64,000 bases of DNA, taken from the NCBI GenBank assembly GCA_964016885.1, contig OZ024742.1, positions 52,762,001-52,826,000 of the forward strand, written 5' to 3'. Every line of letters begins with the position of its first letter. Position 1 is the first letter of the stretch. Source of the DNA: Eledone cirrhosa (taxonomy: Eukaryota). Under the pieces are notes generated by a model. It was not told where the DNA came from. It saw only the letters and a program-made list of their open reading frames with translations, and searched no databases. The position numbers were made by a program, and so were the translations under genes. This document shows positions 41,161 to 55,300 of this stretch, in pieces.

Positions 41161-42411
41161 GGTCAGTCATCTTCTCTAACCCATTCTAGAATTCTGGTGA
41201 GCATTGCTGATAATAGTTGGGCTGCTCAGACGCCTGTGGGGGAACTTAATGTTGTCAAAGCTTAGCTTGATGACAAACTCCTTAAGTGCAAGTCAACAAT
41301 TACGTACCTCTGTTTTGTCAGGACCGTACGAGTCGCTGTTTTCCCATCGCCAAAAGGACCTTTTTTTCCATCATAACACCTTGATGATGCATATTAGATT
41401 ATAGCTGTCAGCAATGCTCGTGCATGGGTTTATAGTCAGTAACAGTTTGCACAATACTGCAAATACTCTCACCTTCAAGACCAAATGTTCTACAAATAAG
41501 CATGTACAAGATCTCTGGCCTTGGTAAAAAGATTGGTGTTATTTTGGAGTAGCCTTCTCCTAGATATTTGCTTCTACGCTACATTACTTGCTGGGGTATC
41601 ATTCCCAGTATTTCCTAAACTCGCGATGATGGGGTTTGATTTCGGAGTATTCCTATTCGTAGGTAGACAGCTTTTACTACCGCTAAAGAGCTCCACATAC
41701 CCACGAGGTCATAGACACAGTACCGCGTTTTTGAATCAGTGGTCCTTCTAGACAGATTGCTATCCAAGGCTGACGAGTTCTGCCTACACGGAGCAACTGG
41801 TTTTAGGGCACCAGTAAATCAACTTTGCCCATTCTCCTTCTCAGTTCGAAGTATCTCCACCGCGAGAAGGCCAGGGCCTTTTGTCAGAGTTTATATTAAA
41901 TTCAATACCTTATGGGGTTCTCAGTCCTACTCCCATTCCGGAAATGATAACCGTGTGACATACATACATACATACATACATACATACATACATACATACA
42001 TACATACATACATACATGGTGGCTGCCAACTCGTTTTCGAGTACGGCCACTACTTTATATCCATGTAGGAGAACCCCTACCGATGCGCTGAACGAGTGTG
42101 ACTTTTTAGTCCAGCCAGGGACTTGAAAACTCTGGTACAAACACTACACTTGTGACAATTATTGACACGTAGTGCTGGGCCCATGGTACCATGTGACGAC
42201 AAGTGCAGAGAGATGTCCAGATACAAAGCAATGCCTGTGCCGTGAAGCTTTTATAGTGAGGAAAGGCACTGCACAAAGCCAGTCCCACTCTCTTAACCAA
42301 TATGATATTTACCAAAAAGAAGAACAAGTCAATATCATTGGATACCATCAGGGTTGCAGGTTGTCCAAAGTCACCCTCCTCACCAAGAAACCATACATAC
42401 ATACATACATA

Positions 42412-45400
42412 TTCTATAATGGTATCTCTAATAAAGAACGCGTAACCAGGGAATACTACACACGATTAAGAAAGATCTGGTCATCGGAACTCTCTGCGCA
42501 AAACAAAACAGTGGCTCACAATGTGTTTGCTGTGCCCGTCCTAACACCAACGTTTGGAATACTCAATTGGACGATAGACGAAATCCGAGCAGCTGTGTTG
42601 GAACTCGAAAAATACTAAGCAACACCGGAAACTTCCACATCAACAGGGACATAGACCGCCTTTACTTGAAACTTAAGCAGAGAGGCAGAAGCCTAACATC
42701 AGTCCAGGCAGCATTTGAATGTCGCATCATATCTCTCCGACAACATCTACGAACCTCGAAGCGTAGGAGACCGTTTCTATCGGCATGAAACAGATAAGAT
42801 CATGAGAGTTGGGAAGGAACTCCTCGAGAGATATTCCCTGTGTGATAATTAAAAACTCACACCCAGGGATGTCGCTCAGCAGTATCGCAGTGAATCCATG
42901 GATGAAAAACTGCATGCTTATCAGCAAAGAATCGTGCATGGATATGTTGCCAGGAAGATCCAGAGTGAGAGTAATATAGATAAGGAAAGTAGTCTATCTT
43001 GGACCAACAACCGCTATATTGGCTCCCACTTTGAAGGATACGCTTTTGCAATCCAAGAACAGGAGATTAACACGAAATACCTGATTCACAAAAGAGATAG
43101 GGATGCAGGCAAAACACCTAAATGTGATAACAAGTGCAGACTCTGCAGAACTAACATCGAGGATATCACCCATGTCATTAGCAGCTCGAATGCTGGGGAA
43201 AACACTATCGATAATAATAATAATCGAAGAAATAATAATAATAATCGAATAAATGTGACACCACGTATACCATCCGAGTCTACCTCGACTGTTGTGGAAA
43301 ATACTATCGATAATGATAATCAAAAGTATAAACAATTGAAAATTTCCCTCAATGAAATCTTCCTGAGAGAAATTAACTCATGTATCAATATCTCTCTTGC
43401 TGAACGTGTTAAAATGACAATGGTGAATAAAAAACCAAATAATGAAATACTACGTATTATTGACGAAATAGGGGTTGAATATTTACGACGGATAAAAACC
43501 CCAACATTCTGGCAAATCAACGCCTGTTTATATGCCTTAGCAATGACAGTGAAACATTATCTTGGTGATAGCAGAGATATTAACAAGAACAAAACACCAC
43601 CAAAAATACCATCATATATAACTAAAATAGAAAAAAAGAGTGCTGACCTACGAAAAATATAGGACATGTGACAATGCTCCTTACATGCAAACAAACACAA
43701 AAAAACTTCACTCCTCACCAACAAAGAGTGAACAATAAAATAGAGACGATGTTTGGTAACAGTAGAACCAGAACTCTCCAATATAAGCTGATCACCCTCA
43801 AACAAGAATTGAGAGCTGTTAGCGAAAAACGCCGATACCTGAAGAAGGTAGATGAGAGAAAAATGCTTAATAAAAGATTCAGACGAAACCAAACATCAGT
43901 CTATAGAGATATGAAGGGCAAAATAATAAATGTCACTGAGGCCCCATCCCAGAAAGACATAGATTCCTTTTGAGAAAAATATGGGGTGAAAAGAAGAATT
44001 TCAACCAAGATGCAGTGTGGCTAAGAGAAATCCGAAAGAACTATTGCTCCTACACTACAACAAAAACATACGAAATAAGTGAGGGTACCCTTGAGACTGT
44101 GGTAGGAAAACTCCAAGATAAGAAAACATCAGGAAGAGACATGATTGTCGGCTACTGGTACAAAAAACTAATATTCTATCGGAGGTATATTACCTCTACC
44201 AACAAGTTCTTAAGGGAGATACACTTATACCAGAATGGTTGACATTAGCACAAACGTTACTGGTCCCCAAGAACAAAGACACCCACTTGGCAAAAAACTA
44301 CCGACCTATTGCACGCCAGAACCTAATGTATAAGATGTATACAGCCTGCCTGAACCTATTCCTCCAAGATCACTGTGAAAATAATAACATCATCACAGAT
44401 GAACAAGCAGCTGGAAAGAAAAGGGTTTGAGGATGTGCTGAACAACTCCTAATCAACAAAACTGCGATGTCGTAGGTGCGACAACTTAGGAGGAATATGA
44501 CTACAGTCTGGCTGGACTACAGGAAAGCTTTCGATTCTGTTCCCTACTCTTGGATGATAGAGGCCCTCCAACTTGCTAAAGTCCCAGATATTATTGTCAG
44601 AGCCATAGAGAGGCTGTCTTCTTCTTGGGCTACTATCCTAAGGTTAAAGACAGAGAGGGACGACTCTATTTTCACTGATAAAATAAAATATTGCAGGGGT
44701 ATATTTCAGGGACACAGTCTCTCTGTGATATTGTTCATCTTGTTATTAAACACCTTGTCCTTTCTGCTCAAGAAATGTGAGGGATACATCATTGGCTCAC
44801 AGGAGGACAGAAATACGAACCTAACCCATAACTGCTTTGTGGACGATCTGAAACTCTATGCCAAGAACATGGATGGGATGAAGAAAAATCTTGACCTGGT
44901 TGCAACGTTCTCAAGGGATATAGGAATGGAATCTGACCAAGATAAATGCTCATACATGACTGTAAAGCGGGGGAAAACAACAACCCAGTCTAGCAACATT
45001 GTCATCAATGGTCTAACTGTTTCACCGATATCTGATGAGGACTGCTACAGATACCTGGGGATAGATGAGAACATATCCTATAATGGTATCTCTAATAAAG
45101 AACGCGTAACCAGGGAATACTACACCCGATTAAGAAAGATCTGGTCATCGGAACTCTCTGCGCAAATCAAAACAGTGGCTCACAATGTGTTTGCTGTGCC
45201 TGTCCTAACACCAACGTTTGGAATACTCAATTAGACGATAGACGAAATCCGAGTAGTTGATGTTGGAAGTCGAAAAATACTGAACAACACCGGAAACTTC
45301 CACGTCAACAGTGACATAAATCGCCTTTACTTAAAACGTAAGCAGGGAGGCAGAGGCCTAACATCAGTCCAGACAACATTTGAATGTCGCATCATATCTC

Positions 45401-46608
45401 TCCGACAACATCTACGAACCTCGAAGCGTAAGAGCCCGTTTCTCGAGCAATCTATCTGCATGAAACAGATAAGATCATCAGAGTTGGGAAGGAACTCCTC
45501 GAGAGATATTCCGTGTGATAATCAAAAACTCACACCCAGGAAAGTCGCTCAGCACTATCGCAGTGAATCCATGGATGAAAAACTGCATGCCTATCAGCAA
45601 AAAAGTCATGCATGGATATGTTGCCAGGAAGATCCAGAGTGAGAGTAATATAGATAAGGAAAGTAGTCTATCTTGGACCAACAACCGCTATATTGGCTCC
45701 CACTTGGAAGGATACGCTTTTGCAATCCAAGAACAGGAGATTAGCACGAAATACCTGATTCACAAAAGAGATAGGGATGCAGGCAAAACACCTAGATGTG
45801 ATAACAAATGCAGACTCTGCAGAACTAACATCGAGGATATCACCCATGTCATCAGCAGCTGTCCAAAGATGTCATCCCGGTACTACTACCTCTGACGCAT
45901 GATGAAGTGGCCAAAACACTGTACAATGCAATTCGTAAAAAAGATAGCCCCGATAATAAACACATTAAAAGCTACAACAATGTGGAAGACATCCATGTAC
46001 ATAATATGAAAGAGTACTGGTGGAATATTCCAGTAAAAACCCCAATAAAATGCAGGCATAACAGACCAGATATTATGATATGGGACAGGGAGAAGAAAAC
46101 ATGCACAGTAGTGGAAATTAGCTGCCCAGCAGATGCCAAGATAATATCAAAGATTAGTGAAAAGGAGAATATTTATGCAGAACTGATGAGAAATCTGCAG
46201 ATACTCCACCCTGATTACACCTTCAGATTTATGCCTGTGATTATTGGGGCACTGGTGCCTCAATACAAATCTTGAGAAGCTAGGCTTCACAGGAACAGAA
46301 AGAACTCAGCTAGTTAGGAAATTACAAGTACAATCCATTAATGGAACAGTAAAAATATGTAAACATTCCAAAAAGTTTGCATCTAATAACTGCATATACA
46401 CATGTGCAGATGCAAAGCATATACACATGCACACATACAACTCAAAACATACACATCCACACATACAATAACATCTATATCTACACATGCATGCATACAT
46501 ACATATCTACCTAGTTGATGTTGTGTAAATTCCAATGAGAGAGTCTTGTGTCTATGTTAGAAACCGACTATTGGTAAAACTTTGTGAAATTATAAAACCA
46601 GAAGAACA
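42412..46608 (+). mobile_element. R4/Dong-like non-LTR element (RT + CCHC + restriction-like endonuclease), decayed and partially duplicated
   Basis: NYRPI, WLDYRKAFDSVP, GIFQGHSLS, FVDDLKLY, CRLC..H..C, RPDIMIWD..VVEISCP; (TACA)n at both ends. Confidence 0.85.
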
Positions 46609-47144
46609 TACATATATACATACATATAAAATCTAATCTTTTAAGGCGTCACCAAGAAATATTTGACACTTTATATGTAACATAAAGCTTGGGTGTGTAT
46701 ACATTCGTGAGAGGTGAGTGTTTGTCTGTAGAAATATTTTGTGGAAATAGTAATGAAATCATGTTTACACTATCGAATAATATTTGCCAACTTGCGAGAG
46801 AGAGTGGTAGATTTTGAATCTGTGATGGCGGGTGGCGTAATTAGTCAGATACCATTCTACTAACTTGTATATCTTATATCGGAAACGTATACTCTGTTGG
46901 AGCTTTTTAAATTTATTTTCTTAATGTTGTTGTTGTTGTTGTTTTTTTGTTTTCTTTTTACTTTCTAGTTATATGTTAGGCTATTTACTGAAGATTCGTT
47001 TACAATAGTTAGAGCAGATGTTTGTTTCAACCATTTAGTAATTAACTTACTTCTGAAGCAATCTCTTTTCTCTTTACTACCAGCAGAACTTCTGTTCTGA
47101 AAATCAATTCTGACCAATCACAGAATAATTACTTGTTTACTCTC

Positions 47145-47359
47145 ATTGTTGTTGATATTATTGTTGTTGTTGGTGTTGTTGTTGCTAAGGAGTAGGGGTA
47201 AGAGCAGTACGACGATGTTGATGATGATGATGATGATTGTAATGATGGTGTCTGTTATTGTGGTGGTGATGATGATGATGATGAGGATGATAATGACAAT
47301 GATGCTGACTATTATTGTGGTGATGATGACGATGATAGTGTTGGTAATTATAATAATAA

Positions 47360-47393
<34 letters not shown>

Positions 47394-47480
47394 GGTGGTG
47401 GTGGTGGTGGTGGTGGTGATGATGATGATGATGATGAGGAGGAGGAGGAGGAGGAGGAGGAGGAGGGGGGAGGAGGAGGA
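47145..47480. repeat. Compound (GTT)/(GAT)/(GGT)/(GAG) microsatellite
   Basis: Visible. Confidence 0.9.
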
Positions 47481-48251
47481 TGGGGGGGTCTTTGTCTTGA
47501 TATCAATGCGAAAAATTCTCAAGAGTTTTGATATGAAAATGTAGGAGAAAAAAGTTGCTTATCTTTAAAATTAAGAATCATTAAACACAATGAACAGTAT
47601 TGTATATAACGAACAACAACAATAGTAACAACAACAACAATAATAATAATAACATCAGCAGTAATAACATAAACAATATCAACAACACAATTGCTTCAGC
47701 AGATACATCTACAACAACTTCAACCACAACAACAACATCGACACAATAGATTTAACAACGACACCATAACAACATCAAGAATACAATGACTACAACTATA
47801 AAATCATCGACGACAGAATAACTTCAACAGATGCTACAACACCAACCACAATAACAACATCATTGTAATTACAACAGATACAAAAACAACAACACGTTAA
47901 TCTTAACAGCTACTACATCTAAAACTGCCTGTCTAAATGACATCACAGTTACTTGCTTTGACAGAATAACCGTCACAGCTGCACACCAACTGATTATTTT
48001 CTTTACTCTACAAAGTAAATTCACTATCACACTGTTTCGCCAGTAAAAGCAGAATGTCATGTTATTTCTTACATCACACAATCAGCAAAAATCTATGCAC
48101 CTCCAACAGAAGAAAAGTTGAAATAATTGACATTGCCAACCACATGCATCTTAATTATATCACATCATACAATCTTTCTTTTACCGTTATCTGTAATGTT
48201 GAAGATTAGATTGGTTTTGTTTCTTTTGTTTCATTTTTTTTTGTTCTTTTT

Positions 48252-48360
<109 letters not shown>

Positions 48361-48514
48361 TTTGTTTGTTTGTTTGATTTTTTGTGGAGGCGTTGTTGCT
48401 TTTATTATTTTTTATGATTGCTATGATTTAGATGTTATTTGACTCCCTGCTTTCACTTCAATATAGTTCGACCTCATAAAATAAAAGCAATTATTATTTA
48501 TGTTGGATAGAATA

Positions 48515-48715
48515 AGGGTGGTGGATTGGCAGAATTGGTAGAGTGTTGGATAAATTTACACTGAGTTGTTTGTTTCTGAGTTCAAATCCCTCCGATCTCT
48601 ACTTTGCCTTTCATCTCTCCGGTAGAGATAAAATAAGGTACCAGCCATGTCCTGGGGTAGATTTAATCGATTTTTCCCTCTTCTCAAATTACTAACCTAT
48701 TCCTAAATTAGAAAT
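48515..48715 (+). mobile_element. Diverged SINE (Deu/Nin-like family)
   Basis: TGGCAGAATTGG, GAGTTCAAATCC, TTTGCCTTTCATC..GGTACCAG. Confidence 0.8.
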
Positions 48716-48908
48716 AATTATTTGTCTTGGAATAAGAAGCTATCTTTGCAGGTGAGGGTTGCCAAACGTCTGACACCGTACTGTCATACACTGAAAACGA
48801 AACAAACAATTTAAATTGCTATAACCTCCTACTTACACTATATTTATTGGTCATATCAGAATATTTAGTATTTCCTCTGGACCCCTTATAAACTGGGGCG
48901 CTGAAAGT

Positions 48909-49155
48909 TAAGTAGGTTGTATCCAGGCCAGAGTAGGTTGTATCTAGGTCAGAGTAGGTTGTATCCAGGCCAGAGTAGGTTGTATCCAGGCCAGAGTTAA
49001 GTAGGTTGTATCCAGGCCAGAGTTAAGTAGGTTGTATCCAGGCCAGAGTTAAGTAGGTTGTATCCAGGCCACAGTAGGTTGTATCCAGGCCAGAGTTAAG
49101 TAGGTTGTATCCAGGCCAGAGTAGGTTGTATCCAGGCCAGAGTAGGTTGTATCCA
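48909..49155. repeat. Minisatellite, 21-bp unit AGTAGGTTGTATCCAGGCCAG with optional AGTTA (26 bp), about 11 copies
   Basis: Directly visible near-identical tandem units. Confidence 0.95.
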
Positions 49156-49351
49156 CTCACTGGCCTTACTATGTAAATCTTCACCACAGGGTCTATTTTA
49201 GTCCAAGGTGACACAAAAATGAAGCAGGATTTGTACTGTTGCATTAGCTGTTTCTTTTTACTGTTGTTGTTACTGCTGTACTATATATACCATTGTTGTT
49301 GTTTTTCTTGTTGCCGTTGTTGTTATTGTTGCTGCTGATGTTGCTGTTCCT

Positions 49352-52300
49352 CTATATCGTTGTGGTTGCTGTTGGTGTTGGTGTTGATGTTGGTGTTGGT
49401 GTTGGTGTTGGTGTTGGTGTTGATGTTGGTGTTGGTGTTGGTGTTGGTGTCGGTGTCGGTGTTGGTGTTGGTGTTGGTGTTGTTGTTGGTGTTGGTGTCG
49501 GTGTCGGTGTTGGTGTTGGTGTTGGTGTTGGTGTTGGTGTTGTTGTTGGTGTTGGTGTCGGTGTCGGTGTTGGTGTTGGTGTTGGTGTTGGTGTTGGTGT
49601 TGATGTTGGTGTTGGTGTCGGTATTGAAGTTGGTGTTGGTGTTGGTGTTGGTGTTGATGTTGGTGTTGGTGGTGGTGGTGGTGTTGGTGTTGGTGTTGAT
49701 GTTGGTGTTGGTGGTGGTGTTGGTGTTGATGTTGGTGTTGGTGTTGTTGTTGGTGTTGGTGTTGGTGTTGGTGTAGGTGTTGCTGTTGATGTTGGTGTTG
49801 GTGTTGATGTTGGTGTCGGTGTTGAAGTTGGTGTTGGTGTCGGTGTTGGTGTTGGTGTTGGTGTTGATGTTGGTGTTGGTGTTGATGTTGGTGTTGGTGT
49901 TGGTGTTGTTGTTGGTGTTGGTGTTGGTGTTGTTGTTGATGTTGGTGTTGGTGTTGGTGTTGGTGTTGGTGTTGGTGTTGTTGTTGATGTTGGTGTTGGT
50001 GTTGGTGTTGGTGTTGTTGTTGGTGTTGGTGTTGGTGTTGTTGTTGATGTTGGTGTTGGTGTGGGTGTTGGTGTTGGTGTTGGCGTTGGTGTTGGTGTTG
50101 GTGTTGGTGTTGGTGTCGGTGTAGATGTTGGTGTTGGTGTTGGTGTTGGTGTTGGTGTTGGTGTTGAAGTTGGTGTTGGTGTTGGTGTCGGTGTTGGTGT
50201 TGATGTTGGTGTTGGTGTTGGTGTTGGTGTTGGTGTTGGTGTTGGTGTTGGTGTTGTTGTTGATGTTGGTGTTGGTGTTGGTGTTGATGTTGGTGTTGGT
50301 GTTGGTGTTGGTGTTGGTGTTGTTGTTGATGTTGGTGTTGGTGTTGTTGTTGATGTTGGTGTTGGTGTTGGTGTTGATGTTGGTGTTGGTGTTGGTGTTG
50401 GTGTTGATGTTGGTGTTGGTGTTGGTGTTGGTGTTGGTGTTGGTGTTGAAGTTGGTGTTGGTGTTGGTGTCGGTGTTGGTGTTGATGTTGGTGTTGGTGT
50501 TGGTGTTGGTGTTGTTGTTGATGTTGGTGTTGGTGTTGTTGTTGATGTTGGTGTTGGTGTTGGTGTTGATGTTGGTGTTGGTGTTGGTGTTGATGTTGGT
50601 GTTGGTGTTGGTGTTGTTGTTGATGTTGGTGTTGGTGTTGATGTTGGTGTTGGTGTTGGTGTTGGTGTTGGTGTTGTTGTTGATGTTGGTGTTGGTGTTG
50701 GTGTTGATGTTGGTGTTGGTGTTGGTGTTGGTGTTGTTGTTGATGTTGGTGTTGATGTTGGTGTTGGTGTTGGTGTTGATGTTGGTGTTGGTGTTGGTGT
50801 TGTTGTTGGTGTTGGTGTTGATGTTGGTGTTGGTGTTGGTGTTGGTGTTGTTGTTGGTGTTGGTGTTGATGTTGGTGTTGGTGTTGGTGTTGATGTTGGT
50901 GTTGGTGTTGGTGTTGTTGTTGATGTTGGTGTTGGTGTTGATGTTGGTGTTGGTGTTGGTGTTGGTGTTGGTGTTGTTGTTGATGTTGGTGTTGGTGTTG
51001 TTGTTGATGTTGGTGTTGGTGTTGATGTTGGTGTTGGTGTTGGTGTTGGTGTTGGTGTTGGTGTTGTTGTCGGTGTCGATGTTGGTGTTGGTGTTGGTGT
51101 TGGTGTTGGTGTTGGTGTTATTGTTGATGTTGGTGTTGGTGTTGATGTTGGTGTTGGTGTTGGTGTTGGTGTTGGTGTTGATGTTGGTGTTGGTGTTGGT
51201 GTTGGTGTTGGTGTTGGTGTCGGTGTCGGTGTTGGTGTTGGTGTTGGTGTTGATGTTGGTGTCGGTGTCGGTGTTGGTGTTGGTGTTGGTGTTGGTGTTG
51301 GTGTCGGTGTCGGTGTTGGTGTTGGTGTTGGTGTTGGTGTTGTTGTTGGTGTTGGTGTCGGTGTCGGTGTTGGTGTTGGTGTCGGTATTGAAGTTGGTGT
51401 TGGTGTTGGTGTTGGTGTTGATGTTGGTGTTGGTGGTGGTGTTGGTGTTGGTGTTGGTGTTGATGTTGGTGTTGGTGTTGATGTTGGTGTTGGTGTTGGT
51501 GTTGATGTTGGTGTTGGTGTTGGTGTTGATGTTGGTGTTGGTGTTGGTGTTGGTGTTGGTGTTGATGTTGGTGTTGGTGTCGGTATTGAAGTTGGTGTTG
51601 GTGTTGGTGTTGGTGTTGATGTTGGTGTTGGTGGTGGTGTTGGTGTTGGTGTTGGTGTTGATGTTGGTGTTGGTGGTGGTGTTGGTGTTGATGTTGGTGT
51701 TGGTGTTGTTGTTGGTGTTGGTGTTGGTGTTGGTGTTGGTGTTGCTGTTGATGTTGGTGTTGGTGTTGATGTTGGTGTCGGTGTTGAAGTTGGTGTTGGT
51801 GTCGGTGTTGGTGTCGGTGTCGGTGTTGGTGTTGTTGTTGGTGTTGAAGTTGGTGTTGATGTTGGTGTTGGTGTTGATGTTGGTGTTGGTGTTGGTGTTG
51901 ATGTTGGTGTTGGTGTTGGTGTTGATGTTGGTGTTGGTGTTGGTGTTGGTGTTGGTGTTGTTGTTGGTGTTGGTGTTGGTGTTGTTGTTGATGTTGGTGT
52001 TGGTGTTGTTGTTGATGTTGGTGTTGGTGTTGGTGTTGGTGTTGTTGTTGGTGTTGGTGTTGGTGTTGTTGTTGATGTTGGTGTTGGTGTGGGTGTTGGT
52101 GTTGGTGTTGGCGTTGGTGTTGGTGTTGGTGTTGGTGTTGGTGTCGGTGTAGATGTTGGTGTTGGTGTTGGTGTTGGTGTTGGTGTTGAAGTTGGTGTTG
52201 GTGTTGGTGTCGGTGTTGGTGTTGATGTTGGTGTTGGTGTTGGTGTTGGTGTTGGTGTTGGTGTTGGTGTTGGTGTTGTTGTTGATGTTGGTGTTGATGT

Positions 52301-55300
52301 TGGTGTTGGTGTTGGTGTTGGTGTTGGTGTTGTTGTTGATGTTGGTGTTGGTGTTGTTGTTGATGTTGGTGTTGGTGTTGGTGTTGATGTTGGTGTTGGT
52401 GTTGGTGTTGATGTTGGTGTTGGTGTTGGTGTTGGTGTTGGTGTTGGTGTTGAAGTTGGTGTTGGTGTTGGTGTCGGTGTTGGTGTTGATGTTGGTGTCG
52501 GTGTTGGTGTTGGTGTTGGTGTTGGTGTTGGTGTTGGTGTTGGTGTTGATGTTGGTGTTGGTGTTGGTGTTGGTGTTGGTGTTGGTGTTGGTGTTGATGT
52601 TGGTGTTGGTGTTGGTGTTGATGTTGGTGTTGGTGTTGGTGTTGGTGTTGGTGTTGGTGTTGGTGTTGATGTTGGTGTTGGTGTTGGTGTTGATGTTGGT
52701 GTTGGTGTTGGTGTTGATGTTGGTGTTGGTGTTGGTGTTGTTGTTGATGTTGGTGTTGGTGTTGATGTTGGTGTTGGTGTTGGTGTTGGTGTTGGTGTTG
52801 TTGTTGATGTTGGTGTTGGTGTTGTTGTTGATGTTGGTGTTGGTGTTGATGTTGGTGTTGGTGTTGGTGTTGGTGTTGGTGTTGGTGTTGTTGTCGGTGT
52901 TGGTGTTGGTGTTGGTGTTGGTGTTGGTGTTGATGTTGGTCTTGTTGTTGGTGTTGGTGTTGGTGTTGGTGTTGGTGTTGATGTTGGTGTTGGTGTTGGT
53001 GTTGGTGTTGGTGTTGGTGTTGATATTGGTGTTGGTGTTGGTGTTGGTGTTGGTGTTGGTGTTGGTGTTGGTGTTGTTGTCGGTGTTGGTGTTGGTGTTG
53101 ATGTTGGTGTTGGTGTTGGTGTTGGTGTTGGTGTTGTTGTTGATGTTGGTGTTGTTGTTGGTGTTGGTGTTGGTGTTGGTGTTGATGTTGGTGTTGATGT
53201 TGGTGTTGGTGTTGGTGTTGGTGTTGATGTTGGTGTTGGTGTTGGTGTTGATGTTGGTGTTGGTGTTGGTGTTGTTGTTGGTGTTGTTGTTGGTGTTGGT
53301 GTTGGTGTTGGTGTTGATGTTGGTGTTGGTGTTGGTGTTGGTGTTGGTGTTGGTGTTGATGTTGGTGTTGGTGTTGGTGTTGATGTTGGTGTTGGTGTTG
53401 GTGTTGGTGTTGGTGTTGTTGTTGATGTTGGTGTTGTTGTTGGTGTTGGTGTTGGTGTTGGTGTTGATGTTGGTGTTGGTGATGGTGTTGGTGTTGGTGT
53501 TGGTGTTGATGTTGGTGTTGGTGTTGGTGTTGTTGTTGATGTTGGTGTTGGTGTTGGTGTTGGTGTTGGTGTTGGTGTTGGTGTTGGTGTTGTTGTTGAT
53601 GTTGGTGTTGGTGTTGTTGTTGATGTTGGTGTTGGTGTTGGTGTTGATGTTGGTGTTGGTGTTGGTGTTGGTGTTGGTGTTGGTGTTGTTGTCGGTGTTG
53701 GTGTTGGTGTTATTGTTGATGTTGGTGTTGGTGTTGATGTTGGTGTTGGTGTTGGTGTTGGTGTTGGTGTTGTTGTTGGTGTTGGTGTTGGTGTTGATGT
53801 TGGTGTTGGTGTTGGTGTCGGTGTTGGTGTTGATGTTGGTGTTGGTGTTGGTGTTGATGTTGGTGTTGGTGTTGGTGTTGGTGTTGGTGTTGATGTTGGT
53901 GTTGGTGTTGGTGTTGGTGTTGGTGTTGATGTTGGTGTTGGTGTTGGTGTTGATGTTGGTGTTGGTGTTGGTGTTGGTGTTGGTGTTGGTGTTGATGTTG
54001 GTGTTGGTGTTGGTGTTGGTGTTGGTGTTGGTGTCGGTGTTGGTGTTGGTGTTGGTGTTGGTGTTGTTGTTGATGTTGTTGTTGGTGTTGGTGTTGGTGT
54101 CGGTGTCGGTGTCGGTGTTGGTGTTGTTGTTGATGTTGGTGTTGGTGTTGGTGTTGTTGTTGATGTTGGTGTTGGTGTTGTTGTTGGTGTTGGTGTTGGT
54201 GTTGGTGTTGGTGCTGGTGCTGGTGTTGGTGTTGGTGTTGATGTTGGTGTTGGTGTTGGTGTTGGTGTTGGTGTTGATGTCGGTGTTGGTGTTGATGTCG
54301 GTGTTGGTGTTGAAGTTGAAGTTGGTGTTGGTGGTGGTGTTGGTGTTGATGTTGGTGTTGATGTTGGTGTTGGTGATGAAGTTGAAGTTGGTGTTGGTGG
54401 TAGTGTTGGTGGTGGTGTTGGTGTTGGTGTTGGTGTTGGTGTTGGTGTTGAAGTTGGTGTTGATGTTGGTGTTGGTGTTGGTGTTGGTGTTGTTGGTGTT
54501 GGTGTTGATGTTGGTGTTGGTGGTGGTGTTGGTGTTGGTGTTGGTGTTGATGTTGGTGTTGGTGGTGGTGTTGGTGTTGGTGTTGGTGGTGGTGTTGGTG
54601 TTGGTGTCGGTGTTGAAGTTGGTGTTGGTGTTGATGTTGGTGTTGGTGTTGGTGTTGGTGTTGGTGTTGGTGTTGATGTTGGTGTTGGAGTTGGTGTTGA
54701 AGTTGGTGTTGGTGTTGGTGTTGTTGGTGTTGGTGTTGGTGTTGGTGTTGGTGTTGATGTTGGTGTTGAAGTTGGTGTTGGTGTTGGTGTTGGTGTTGGT
54801 GTTGGTGTTGTTGGTGTTGGTGTTGGTGTTGGTGTTGGTGTTGGTGTTGGTGTTGATGTTGGTGTTGGTGTTGGTGTTGGAGTTGGTGTTGAAGTTGGTG
54901 TTGGTGTTGGTGTTGTTGGTGTTGGTGTTGGTGTTGGTGTTGGTGTTGATGTTGGTGTTGAAGTTGGTGTTGGTGTCGGTGTCGGTGTTGGTGTTGGTGT
55001 TGGTGTTGGTGTTGATGTTGGTGTTGGAGTTGGTGTTGAAGTTGGTGTTGGTGTTGGTGTTGTTGGTGTTGGTGTTGGTGTTGGTGTTGGTGTTGATGTT
55101 GGTGTTGAAGTTGGTGTTGGTGTTGGTGTTGGTGTTGGTGTTGGTGTTGGAGTTGGTGTTGAAGTTGGTGTTGGTGTTGGTGTTGTTGGTGTTGGTGTTG
55201 GTGTTGGTGTTGGTGTTGATGTTGGTGTTGAAGTTGGTGTTGGTGTTGGTGTTGGTGTTGGTGTTGATGTCGGTGTTGTTGTTGATGTTGATGTTGGTGT

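Noticed and set aside
47600-48060. Thr-rich plus-strand stretch as an additional mucin exon
   Set aside because: Frequent stops, degenerate (ACA)n, and opposite strand to the TP frame.
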